DNA of 64,000 bases from an uncultured Bdellovibrio sp. Lineage in GTDB: Bacteria > Bdellovibrionota > Bdellovibrionia > Bdellovibrionales > Bdellovibrionaceae. Shown here one piece after another: positions 1-8,428 of the stretch. The notes below the pieces were generated by a model. The model made no database searches, had not been told where the DNA came from, and saw only the letters and a program-made list of their open reading frames with translations. The position numbers and the translations under genes were made by a program. Each line of letters begins with the position of its first letter. Position 1 is the first letter of the stretch. Location: positions 64,001 through 128,000 of the forward strand of contig CAWVRN010000006.1 in the NCBI GenBank assembly GCA_963932905.1. The letters are read 5' to 3'.

Positions 1-376
1 TGTTTGGGCAGAATGGACTGCCTATCGTGTGTTCATCAAAGATCACTTCCCATCAATTCCTAAAAATTTTGAATTTATTTTTTTCCGATTTCAAAATGAA
101 ATCTTTGAAGATGCTGCGATCAATGAACGCACTGGCTATAATTGGATTCGCAAGATTGGCGCGCAAAGCGGCCTGACTCAGAGTTTGAATCCACATGCTT
201 TACGTCACAGTTTTGCTACACATTTACTAAATAGCGGAGCCAATTTGCGTGTCATTCAAAGCTTGCTTGGTCACACGTCTTTAGCAGCCACGGAGAAATA
301 CACGCATTTAAATTTAAGTCAGCTTTATCAAACGATGGAAAAATCACATCCGCTTGGAAAACTGAAAGCTAAATAA
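1..376 (+). CDS. Tyrosine recombinase XerC/XerD family, C-terminal part (5' end outside window)
   Basis: HALRHSFATHLL...LLGH..L..T..YTH catalytic motifs; frame is open back to base 2. Confidence 0.9.
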   Translation, partial: VWAEWTAYRVFIKDHFPSIPKNFEFIFFRFQNEIFEDAAINERTGYNWIRKIGAQSGLTQSLNPHALRHSFATHLLNSGANLRVIQSLLGHTSLAATEKYTHLNLSQLYQTMEKSHPLGKLKAK

Positions 377-423
377 ATTTTTCTATCGTCATTTCAAGTT
401 AGATCATTCTTTAGGTAAGACAC

Positions 424-1041
424 TTACGATAAATGGGCGTGGGCCAAATACTCTCTGACTATTTTTTCCATTCTGGAAGATTGATTCCGTGCTTCGATGG
501 CCAGAGGTTCTAGCTGGGCAAACTGGGTCAATGGTGTTTTTAAGAACGGCATCATCCAAGATTCTTGTTCAAGAACTCCTTGTTCCGCCAACAGCTTTAA
601 AAAGAATTGCACCTTAAGAATCGGTACATGCACCTGGTAGTTAAGGTTCTCGGTCGCCAGATTTTTTAGGCAGTGCCCTAACAAATTGTAGAGCGAGTCA
701 GAAACGCTATCACCCTCTTGTGAAACTTTAGCGATACATTCAACAGCCATAAGGGCGAACTGCAATAAATCGTAATCTTTTTTTAACAGCGCAAAGTCAT
801 TTATTAATTGAGCTTCGTCCAAAGTCGAAAGCTGGTGCTTATCAGATTTATCTGAATAACTGAGCTTAACGTGATGTAAGGGCTCTAGCACACCACCGCC
901 AAAGCGCTTTCGACTCTTTAATGCCGACCTAGCCAAGAAGGATTTTTTTTCGCCAGAGGCTGAAATACCGGTAATGATCAGGTCAGCTTCGCCATATCTG
1001 ACTTTCTTCAATAATATGAATGTTCCGGTTTGTTTGACCAC
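424..1041 (-). CDS. recO: DNA repair protein RecO
   Basis: N-terminal OB-fold pattern (YGEADLII...ARSALKSRKRFGG.LEP); GTG start. Confidence 0.9.
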   Translation of the reverse strand: MVKQTGTFILLKKVRYGEADLIITGISASGEKKSFLARSALKSRKRFGGGVLEPLHHVKLSYSDKSDKHQLSTLDEAQLINDFALLKKDYDLLQFALMAVECIAKVSQEGDSVSDSLYNLLGHCLKNLATENLNYQVHVPILKVQFFLKLLAEQGVLEQESWMMPFLKTPLTQFAQLEPLAIEARNQSSRMEKIVREYLAHAHLS

Positions 1042-1073
1042 GTTTTTAGTTCCTCACCCAAATTTTGAGTGGC

Positions 1074-2060
1074 CTAAAAACTCCACTCGGAATCGGATTT
1101 GATTTCATTGACGATATCGTCAATGACTGCTTTTGAAGGAATATCTTTCACATCCCGGAAAGACAAGCTAATTAATCCTCTTAGAACATCGTCGGAAATT
1201 TCAGGCTGAATCCACGATCGAATTGATTTTGGGCTATTGGAAACGCAGTCAGAATACGAGCGCACATTTGCAAAACCCTTTTCTTTTAATTTCCCCGCAA
1301 CCAAATCACCATGGATTCCATCAAACACTATAAGGGACCGATCCCATGAACGCTGACTTTTGTAATTCCATTTTGTTTGTGTGAGTGAGGATTCCCAAGA
1401 CTTCACATCGGCTTCGAATGATTTCGATTTGCCTTTTAATTTTAACAACCATTCCTCTTTCCAGTGAATATTTTGATAGGGTCCTACGGGGGAATAGACT
1501 TTGGCTCGTTCCGGTAAATACACCAAGCTTAAATCCTGGCTCGGTATTTGTATTCCATAAGAATTCGGCTGCAATTTAAAATCTGATGTAAATTCATGAT
1601 TCACCAAAACAAAAAATATTTTTTTTGCTATTGCCCACTCTTCGATTTTTTCATGTGGAAAATTTTCACCGGTCAGTGCGTGATTTTTAAAAAACACCAA
1701 AAACAAAGTATTTTTATCTAACCCTTCAATTATGCTCTGCCCTTGATCAGGCGCCTGTTGCAAATCAGCGAGTTTTATATTCTGAACTTGATAGCTTTCA
1801 CGAATAAAATAGGGCTGCGTGTTTTCTAAAAGCGGTGAACATCCTGTCACCCAAGCAATACTGCGCTTGTGCGCATAAAGTTGAGCGACACTAATTAATA
1901 AATCATGAACAGCTAAAAATGGATTTATGTAACTTCGAATTTGATTTAGCGTGTTTAATTCATTCTTTAAACGAAAGTTAACTAGATCCCATTCTTCGGG
2001 ATGCGAGAAAGATTCAAACACCATAGATACATTAGACCTGATTCGGTTTGGTTTTTCCAT
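1074..2060 (-). CDS. Degenerate IscS/aminotransferase class V-fold protein
   Basis: Colinear resemblance to IscS (NTLFLVFFKNHALTG; VRSYSDCVSNS...LRGLISLSF), but the PLP-binding residues are not recognisable. Confidence 0.6.
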   Translation of the reverse strand: MEKPNRIRSNVSMVFESFSHPEEWDLVNFRLKNELNTLNQIRSYINPFLAVHDLLISVAQLYAHKRSIAWVTGCSPLLENTQPYFIRESYQVQNIKLADLQQAPDQGQSIIEGLDKNTLFLVFFKNHALTGENFPHEKIEEWAIAKKIFFVLVNHEFTSDFKLQPNSYGIQIPSQDLSLVYLPERAKVYSPVGPYQNIHWKEEWLLKLKGKSKSFEADVKSWESSLTQTKWNYKSQRSWDRSLIVFDGIHGDLVAGKLKEKGFANVRSYSDCVSNSPKSIRSWIQPEISDDVLRGLISLSFRDVKDIPSKAVIDDIVNEIKSDSEWSF

Positions 2061-2123
2061 AAATTGATTGTTCGTATGGTAACAAAGGACTAGGCTTATA
2101 GATGATTTAGGAGGGGTATTCCC

Positions 2124-2723
2124 ATGAGAAATTTAGTTCTATTATTATGTTTACTCGGATTTAATTATGCCCATGCACTGGTAGAAGCCCGTTTAACTTA
2201 CGGAGTTCTAGGCAGCAAACCAGACCTAGCTACTATTTACAGCGGTACTACGACTCTACCAACTGTGGCCCCAAATGCTGGTATTGGTTTTGATGCGCTC
2301 TTTATTTTCCCACTTGTTAAAATCGGAATCGGCGCTCGTTACGAAAACTTAGGATTTAATGTTAGCTCAGAAGGATTAGAATTTAAATCTCAGCTAACCC
2401 GTACCTCATTGATCTTGAATTATCGATTGATCGATACAGTAATGTATCTTGGCCCTATTGCTACCATCGGAATGTCACACACTAACAATATTAAATGGAC
2501 GGAAGGTTCAAGCGCCACAGATTTTACACCGGATACGACATCAAGCTACTCGGTCGGCTTAGAAGCCGGAGTGGCACTCTTAGGTTTCCGTGTTGGCGCC
2601 GAAGCTGGTTATCAAAATATGAAATGGAACAAAGTGAAAGATTCAACTGGAACGTCATCTAGTACTCCAGATTTGGATATGAGCGGATCGTACGTAAAAG
2701 CAGTTTTAGGATTTGGAATTTAG
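2124..2723 (+). CDS. Small outer-membrane beta-barrel protein
   Basis: Signal peptide (AHA), amphipathic strands, C-terminal YVKAVLGFGI; AGGAGG RBS. Confidence 0.75.
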   Translation: MRNLVLLLCLLGFNYAHALVEARLTYGVLGSKPDLATIYSGTTTLPTVAPNAGIGFDALFIFPLVKIGIGARYENLGFNVSSEGLEFKSQLTRTSLILNYRLIDTVMYLGPIATIGMSHTNNIKWTEGSSATDFTPDTTSSYSVGLEAGVALLGFRVGAEAGYQNMKWNKVKDSTGTSSSTPDLDMSGSYVKAVLGFGI

Positions 2724-2749
2724 TTAGCACCTAATTCGTTTTTAAAATT

Positions 2750-2780
2750 AAAAAAGCCCAAGTTGTTCTTGGGCTTTTTT
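2750..2780. terminator. Bidirectional rho-independent terminator
   Basis: aaaaaagcccaag-ttgtt-cttgggctttttt between convergent genes. Confidence 0.9.
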
Positions 2781-2781
2781 G

Positions 2782-3177
2782 TTATTTCTTCTTCAATTCA
2801 ATTTTTAAATCTTTATCACCAGGCTTAATCTTTTTTCCATCAGCTGTCGCTCCTTCAGGTCCGGACTTATCTGTCGCATTACCTATCTGAGAATATCGGG
2901 CATACACTGTAAATGGCCCTGTGAAAGGAGTTCCTTGTACCATGGCGTTCTCTGGCCCTAGTTGAAATTTGACGGGAAACTTCGGATCGGCAATTCGCTG
3001 AACCGCAACTGGCATTTGTCCATCACCTGCTTTACCACCAGCATTTTTTGCAAAAATAAATAATGTTCCACCCGCTTTGATTTCTTTGGCTGCGTCCTTA
3101 TCAACAGAAATAACTCCGGTAATGGAATTGGCCAATGCAAACACTGCAGATAATAAACTAACTAAAATCGTTTTCAT
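2782..3177 (-). CDS. Exported protein resembling the C-terminal periplasmic domain of CcmI/CycH
   Basis: TLFIFAK...MPVAVQR...FPVKFQLGPENAM...VYARYS.GNA pattern; signal peptide; start moved to ATG 3177 (GAGGAG RBS). Confidence 0.65.
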   Translation of the reverse strand: MKTILVSLLSAVFALANSITGVISVDKDAAKEIKAGGTLFIFAKNAGGKAGDGQMPVAVQRIADPKFPVKFQLGPENAMVQGTPFTGPFTVYARYSQIGNATDKSGPEGATADGKKIKPGDKDLKIELKKK

Positions 3178-3359
3178 ATTCTTCTCCTCTACGTTGATCA
3201 TGAAATACTCTTTTTAACTAATTGTCTAGCTTTGCCAATTTGAGACCCAACGTTGTTGTCTTGAGTTAGGATCATCTGTTCGTCCAGCAAAATTTATCTT
3301 CACATGACAATCATTTTTTCTTATGACGAAATTAAACATCACATGAAAAAGGAGGTTCT

Positions 3360-3731
3360 ATGAATACAACTAAAACGTATAAGTTTGGTGACTACACTTT
3401 TAAAACTTATTGGAAAACGGCTGGTGAAGGCTGGGAGATCGGATTAACTTGTGGAAATAAAGTTTACTTCGTTGGTAACTTTATCCGTGAAAAAGAAGCT
3501 AAAAAATGGTGGTCGTATTTCAATAAATACGTAACTCATTTTTTTCGCAAATATGAATACTATGCGGATGCTCCTAAAGATTTCTACGGTCAATTTATGG
3601 GTACATTCGTATACCGCGAATACTACAACTTCTTATTTGAACTTTTTGATGGTTACACTGGCCACTACGAAAAAGAAAATGCTAAGTTTTTCAAGAAATA
3701 CGAAAAATTTGCTCGTCTGTATGCCGCTTAA
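3360..3731 (+). CDS. Hypothetical aromatic-rich protein (123 aa)
   Basis: Strong AAGGAGG RBS, clean ORF, downstream terminator. Confidence 0.85.
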   Translation: MNTTKTYKFGDYTFKTYWKTAGEGWEIGLTCGNKVYFVGNFIREKEAKKWWSYFNKYVTHFFRKYEYYADAPKDFYGQFMGTFVYREYYNFLFELFDGYTGHYEKENAKFFKKYEKFARLYAA

Positions 3732-3804
3732 ACCTTCGGTTTAGTATGCCGCTTAAACCTTCGGTTTAGAATGCCGCTTAAATCTTTGGTTTAGAATGCT
3801 GCCT
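3720..3804. repeat. 25-bp tandem repeat, 3 copies plus a partial, each with an internal hairpin
   Basis: [t/a]atgccgcttaaaccttcggtttag at 3720, 3745 and 3770 (third copy with 2 substitutions), partial at 3795. Confidence 0.95.
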
Positions 3805-3813
3805 CATTAGTTT

Positions 3814-3838
3814 AAGGGACCCTTGCGGTCCCTTTTTT
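3814..3838 (+). terminator. Rho-independent terminator
   Basis: aagggacc-cttgc-ggtccctt followed by a T tract. Confidence 0.85.
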
Positions 3839-5348
3839 ATATTTCGCGGCCGATCTTTCGAAAGCAGGCTTTTGTGGTCATTAAATTATTAAATTCTGAC
3901 TCTTCCTTTTCACATTCGGCATTACGGAAATCTTTTAATACCTTCAGCATCTCTTGAAAATGCAGACTGTGTTTTTTCTGAGCATAGAAAGTTTCCTCGA
4001 TCGGGAATAAATAGGCTTCAAGAATATGACTGGTATCTTCGAATTGGATCACCGTCTTCAATGACGAATAGGGCATATGCGTTGGCATACGATCCTTAAG
4101 AAAACCAATATAACGAAATACTTTGGCCAGAACCGTTTTCATGTTTATTTTCCAAGAATCCACAAACTGGTAACTATCCATAATAGTCCAATTGTAAATA
4201 CTTTGAATGATCGCATCCTGCATTCTGATTTTTCTGAGAAGTGGGATAGAATCCGATTCTTCATATTTTCCCAAAAAGCGATATTCGGCCAGTAAATCGA
4301 ATCGAGAATCAAACTCGATATCGCCGGGAGCAAAAATCTCGGTCGATTCGATGCCCATGTTTTTCAAAAATGGGGTTGATTTGAATTTCGTCGTCATGGA
4401 TTTATTTTCTGGAAGTAACACTTTCGAAGAGGACGCGTTTAGATAGGCATTCTCTATGAGTTCTGCACAGAAGATATTATCTGCGTCCAATGAGCTCATA
4501 TTAAAATCGTAAGGAATATTGTAACCGTGTTTAGAAATAAACCCGTTCGCTAAATCAAATGCGGCTCTACCGGCCTTGGAGGCAATATCGCTATCATTGA
4601 AACGGAAATGAACAACGCGTGCTTCTTTTTGTTTTAACCAAGTTTCAAAAGGAGTGACTTTAGTACCGTAGGGAATTAGGGCTTCGACAATCACCTTTTC
4701 GCCTTTATCATTCATTCCCAAAATCGCTAGGTGACTAAACTGAAGTTCGGCGTCGCCTATTCGGGCAATCATTCCACTAACATAGCTTTTACCTCGAATT
4801 AGGAATAAATCACCAATTTGAAATTCTACTTTATCGACATTTTTCATCAACTGAGGAAATTCGCCGCTCAATATATCGTTACTGAATTGAGTGACTTTTT
4901 TACGTTCGATTAGCCATTCGATCAACATGTCTTCCATAAAACGCACATATCGTGTTGAACGTCGAATGTTTTGCAGACAATCAAAGGTTAGCTTTCCTTG
5001 CTGCGAAAGTTCTTTTTGTTTTTTCCTAACCATTAACTGAACATGAAAAAGTCGCTTTAAAGTTTCCTCGCCCTTTTGTTCTAGTTCGACAATATCTTGC
5101 TCCGTCTGGGGGAAAAAACTTTCGCTTTTAAGCCGGTCAATTTTATCTAACTTGTCAGAAATAAATTCTACACATTTGTCCGGGGACTTCAGATTGGAAT
5201 CGATTTGACTTATACTTTTTGCCACTTCGTTAACAAAATTCAACGGCTTTAAAATCATTGAGTTAATTTCGGTTTGGGAATCATTCGCCCATAAACAAAC
5301 AGGTAATAAAAATAAAACAACGTTAATTGGTAAAAATCTCATACACAT
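3837..5348 (-). CDS. Secreted permuted NlpC/P60 (YiiX/YaeF-like) papain-like amidase
   Basis: GDLFL..., FSHLAIL (His), PYDF, FCAELI (Cys after His); signal peptide. Confidence 0.8.
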   Translation of the reverse strand: MCMRFLPINVVLFLLPVCLWANDSQTEINSMILKPLNFVNEVAKSISQIDSNLKSPDKCVEFISDKLDKIDRLKSESFFPQTEQDIVELEQKGEETLKRLFHVQLMVRKKQKELSQQGKLTFDCLQNIRRSTRYVRFMEDMLIEWLIERKKVTQFSNDILSGEFPQLMKNVDKVEFQIGDLFLIRGKSYVSGMIARIGDAELQFSHLAILGMNDKGEKVIVEALIPYGTKVTPFETWLKQKEARVVHFRFNDSDIASKAGRAAFDLANGFISKHGYNIPYDFNMSSLDADNIFCAELIENAYLNASSSKVLLPENKSMTTKFKSTPFLKNMGIESTEIFAPGDIEFDSRFDLLAEYRFLGKYEESDSIPLLRKIRMQDAIIQSIYNWTIMDSYQFVDSWKINMKTVLAKVFRYIGFLKDRMPTHMPYSSLKTVIQFEDTSHILEAYLFPIEETFYAQKKHSLHFQEMLKVLKDFRNAECEKEESEFNNLMTTKACFRKIGREI

Positions 5349-5412
5349 ATGATCAGAACGGAATACATTTTTAGCAAGACTTAATTGCCTAAGGCTAGAT
5401 CGGGTTTTTAGA

Positions 5413-6312
5413 TTATTGGCTTTTAACTATCAAGATATCGGCAAAAACAACCAGAAAAATACCCAGCAGCTGAGAAACCGACATAACTTCAGAGAAAAAC
5501 AAGAACGCCAAAAGCGTGGCCGTAATTGGCTCAATCATCACCAGAATGCTAGCTTGCGTACTAGGAATTCGCTGCAATCCCGCTAAAAACAAACTCAATG
5601 GCGCAATTGTACCAACAATGCTTAAGCCCAAAAACAACTTAAAATTAGAAAATTCTACACCTACAAAATCATTCAAAGTCGGACGATGAATCAACGCCAA
5701 CGAGACTCCCGCAGACAACATCACATAAAAGCTAGAGGTCAATGGATGAATATTTTTCTGAAAACGATCTGACAACAACACGTACGCCGCATAGGTAATC
5801 GCCGCTCCCAGAGCCGCATACACGCCCAATGCATTTTTAATTTCAAATTCGTCTCTCAAAAGCAAGAACATCCCCATCAGCGCAATCAACAAAGAAACAC
5901 CTACTCGCTTTTCAAATGGATGTTTCAAGAACAAAACTGATCCCAAAAATACAAATACAGGAAACGTAAACAGTAACATCGCACTGATGCCAACGCTGAG
6001 ATATTTAAAAGAGATAAAATAGAAACTAGAAAAAACAGCATAGCCCAATACTCCCAGCAAAATACAGGTGATAAATTGAACTTTAGATACCAGAAACAAG
6101 TTTATATTTTTCGAAATTTTTAAGACTAGAAAAGCAAGCCCTAAAAGAAAGGAAGCAAACAAAAACCGAATCGATAAGACCACGCCCATATCAAGACCCG
6201 TCTTAATAAACAATTTTCCGAAAATCCCCAAACTTCCAAAGCATATTCCGGCCATTAAGATAAAAAAAACCCCAGTGTAAAAACCGGGGCCTTTTGAAGA
6301 CGACTTAGACAA
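5413..6312 (-). CDS. DMT/EamA family transporter
   Basis: About 10 hydrophobic segments; RF..A, FTFPVFV, IEP..A motifs. Confidence 0.9.
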   Translation of the reverse strand: MSKSSSKGPGFYTGVFFILMAGICFGSLGIFGKLFIKTGLDMGVVLSIRFLFASFLLGLAFLVLKISKNINLFLVSKVQFITCILLGVLGYAVFSSFYFISFKYLSVGISAMLLFTFPVFVFLGSVLFLKHPFEKRVGVSLLIALMGMFLLLRDEFEIKNALGVYAALGAAITYAAYVLLSDRFQKNIHPLTSSFYVMLSAGVSLALIHRPTLNDFVGVEFSNFKLFLGLSIVGTIAPLSLFLAGLQRIPSTQASILVMIEPITATLLAFLFFSEVMSVSQLLGIFLVVFADILIVKSQ

Positions 6313-6317
6313 GTATC

Positions 6318-6842
6318 TTAGATCCCTTCCTTGTGGCGCTCTTCATCGTCAACATGCGATTGAATGCCACCTTTCAGAGATGGACGATACGCCAGATGAT
6401 TAATATCATAAGTAAAATTCGCTCCGCTTAAACCTGGAGTTTGCCATTCAGGCCCTAAACGAATCGCATCCACTGGACACGCTTCTTCGCAGTAACCGCA
6501 GAATACACAACGAAGAATATCGATTTCGTAGGCAATCGGAAACTTTTCAACTTTAGGATCCGGATTTTCATCCGCCGTAATTTTAATACATTCCGCCGGA
6601 CAGTTAGTCGCGCACAACATACATGCTGTGCAACGGATGTTACCATCTTTTTTAACTGTCAGGATGTGATTGCCTTTGAAACGCGCGCTGTACTCATACT
6701 TTTCTTCTGGGTAATTCAGCGTCACCATTTGTTTCTTCGATACGATATTCTTAAGCATGTGCTTAAGAGTGATTCCAAGTCCAGTTACGATCCCTGGAAG
6801 GTACCACTTGCTTGATTGTCCGGCTTTCTGAACAACGCTCAT
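6318..6842 (-). CDS. nuoI: NADH-quinone oxidoreductase subunit I
   Basis: YPEEK; CTACMLCATNCP and CVFCGYCEEACP ferredoxin motifs. Confidence 0.95.
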   Translation of the reverse strand: MSVVQKAGQSSKWYLPGIVTGLGITLKHMLKNIVSKKQMVTLNYPEEKYEYSARFKGNHILTVKKDGNIRCTACMLCATNCPAECIKITADENPDPKVEKFPIAYEIDILRCVFCGYCEEACPVDAIRLGPEWQTPGLSGANFTYDINHLAYRPSLKGGIQSHVDDEERHKEGI

Positions 6843-8428
6843 AATGAACCTCGTTTAAACACGAATTCGTTTTTCTTTCTGTTCTCTAGCATAACTTGGT
6901 CTTGGCGACGTTTGTTTTCCAGGAATGCTGGTTTTTCAATTTGGGCCACTGGAACTGTTAAGTTTTTGCCCGACATTAAAATCGCTGTTTCCGTCAATGT
7001 TAATGCTTCGTGAACTACAGTTGTAGCGCGTTTGAATTTCTGTTCCAAACCCGCTGCATTGATAAATGTTCCTTCTTTTTCAACGAATGTTTTCAAAGGA
7101 ACGATAGAAACTTTAGTGTTATTTAAGTTCAATAAAGAATCTACTTTCGCAGAACCTAACCAAACTAAATGTTCTGCTTGCGCGAACAATTTAACGTGAG
7201 TTTCTAAATTATCAAATACCGCTTTGTTTTCAGGACCTGCAACGATCAATGTTTTGATCGATTTGTTTTTTAGTCCCGCTTCCAAATCACCCCAAACGCC
7301 TTTGATTTGGTGCTTTTCTAAAACTTGCAACAATCCTTTCGTATTAGGATTTTTATCACCGCGAAGTAATAAACCATCAAATGAATCGAATGATTCTTTG
7401 TTGTTTACCCAGTGGTAAATTTTAGTTACGCCAAATTCTTTTACCATTGAACTAACCATCGCTTCGTACTCTTCAACCGTATACTGGCCCGTTAGAACCA
7501 TAGCGACTTGGTCTTTTTTAGCTTTGATTTCTTTGTGAAGTTCTTTAGCTAAAGCGCCCGGCGCCATTTCTGTTTGTTCACCTTTTTGACGAACAATACC
7601 AGTTGTGAAACGAGAATCTTTGTTTAAGAACTTGTAGATGTCGCGACCTTCATCGCACATCCAGTGACCGTTTACTTTTTCATTGTAAACTGGTTTTACG
7701 CGGAAGAAGCCTTCTTTATTGAAGTACACTTTAACGTTACAGCCAGTTGAACAACCATTGCATACAGTTTCTGAATCTTTTAGATACCACACGCGCTGAC
7801 GGAAACGGAAATCTTTTGAAGTCAAAGCACCCACTGGGCAGATATCCACTGTATTTAATGAATATTTATTGTCTAACTTTTTACCTTCCACAGTACCGAT
7901 CTCTGAACGGTCACCGCGGTTGAAAATTCCGAGTTCATTTGTTTTAGAAACTTCGTCTGTGAATCGTACGCAACGTGAACACAAAATACAACGTTCAGAA
8001 TCTAGAACGACCGTTGGACCAAGATCCACCACTTTGTGTTTCTTAACTTTATGTTCTGCCATTTCTGGATCGTATTTACCGAATTCCATGTATTGCTCTT
8101 GCAGACCGCACTCTCCGGCTTGGTCACAGATAGGGCAATCCAAAGGATGGTTGATTAAATGGAAATCTAAAACCCATTTAACGCCATCTTTGATTTTGTC
8201 AGATTTATTAGAAACTTTCATACCTTCTGTCACAACCGTGTTACACGCGATTTGTGGACGAGGGTTGCCTTCGATATCACAGATACATAGACGGCAAACA
8301 CCGGCTACGCTTAATCCTGGGTGATAACAATAATGGGCGATAGGCTCTTCCGTCTTGTAGAAGGCCTCCATGATTGTTTGACCTTCTTTTACTTCGACTT
8401 CTTTTCCATTAATGGTGCATTTGGGCAT
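6839..8428 (-). CDS. nuoG: NADH-quinone oxidoreductase subunit G (short form)
   Basis: CYHPGLSVAGVCRLC, NHPLDCPICDQAGEC, RCILCSRCVRF, CNGCSTGC. Confidence 0.93.
   Translation of the reverse strand: MPKCTINGKEVEVKEGQTIMEAFYKTEEPIAHYCYHPGLSVAGVCRLCICDIEGNPRPQIACNTVVTEGMKVSNKSDKIKDGVKWVLDFHLINHPLDCPICDQAGECGLQEQYMEFGKYDPEMAEHKVKKHKVVDLGPTVVLDSERCILCSRCVRFTDEVSKTNELGIFNRGDRSEIGTVEGKKLDNKYSLNTVDICPVGALTSKDFRFRQRVWYLKDSETVCNGCSTGCNVKVYFNKEGFFRVKPVYNEKVNGHWMCDEGRDIYKFLNKDSRFTTGIVRQKGEQTEMAPGALAKELHKEIKAKKDQVAMVLTGQYTVEEYEAMVSSMVKEFGVTKIYHWVNNKESFDSFDGLLLRGDKNPNTKGLLQVLEKHQIKGVWGDLEAGLKNKSIKTLIVAGPENKAVFDNLETHVKLFAQAEHLVWLGSAKVDSLLNLNNTKVSIVPLKTFVEKEGTFINAAGLEQKFKRATTVVHEALTLTETAILMSGKNLTVPVAQIEKPAFLENKRRQDQVMLENRKKNEFVFKRGSL

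Noticed and set aside
1..376. Tyrosine recombinase as a phage or island integrase
   Set aside because: Motifs are Xer-like, the neighbours are housekeeping genes, and no att site, tRNA or phage genes are visible.
3720..3804. 25-bp hairpin repeats as a mini-CRISPR or classic type III toxin-antitoxin array
   Set aside because: No spacers, and the array lies downstream of and overlaps the gene end rather than sitting upstream of a toxin.
5374..5392. sigma54 promoter upstream of the NlpC/P60 gene
   Set aside because: GG-to-GC spacing is 12 nt, not the required 10.
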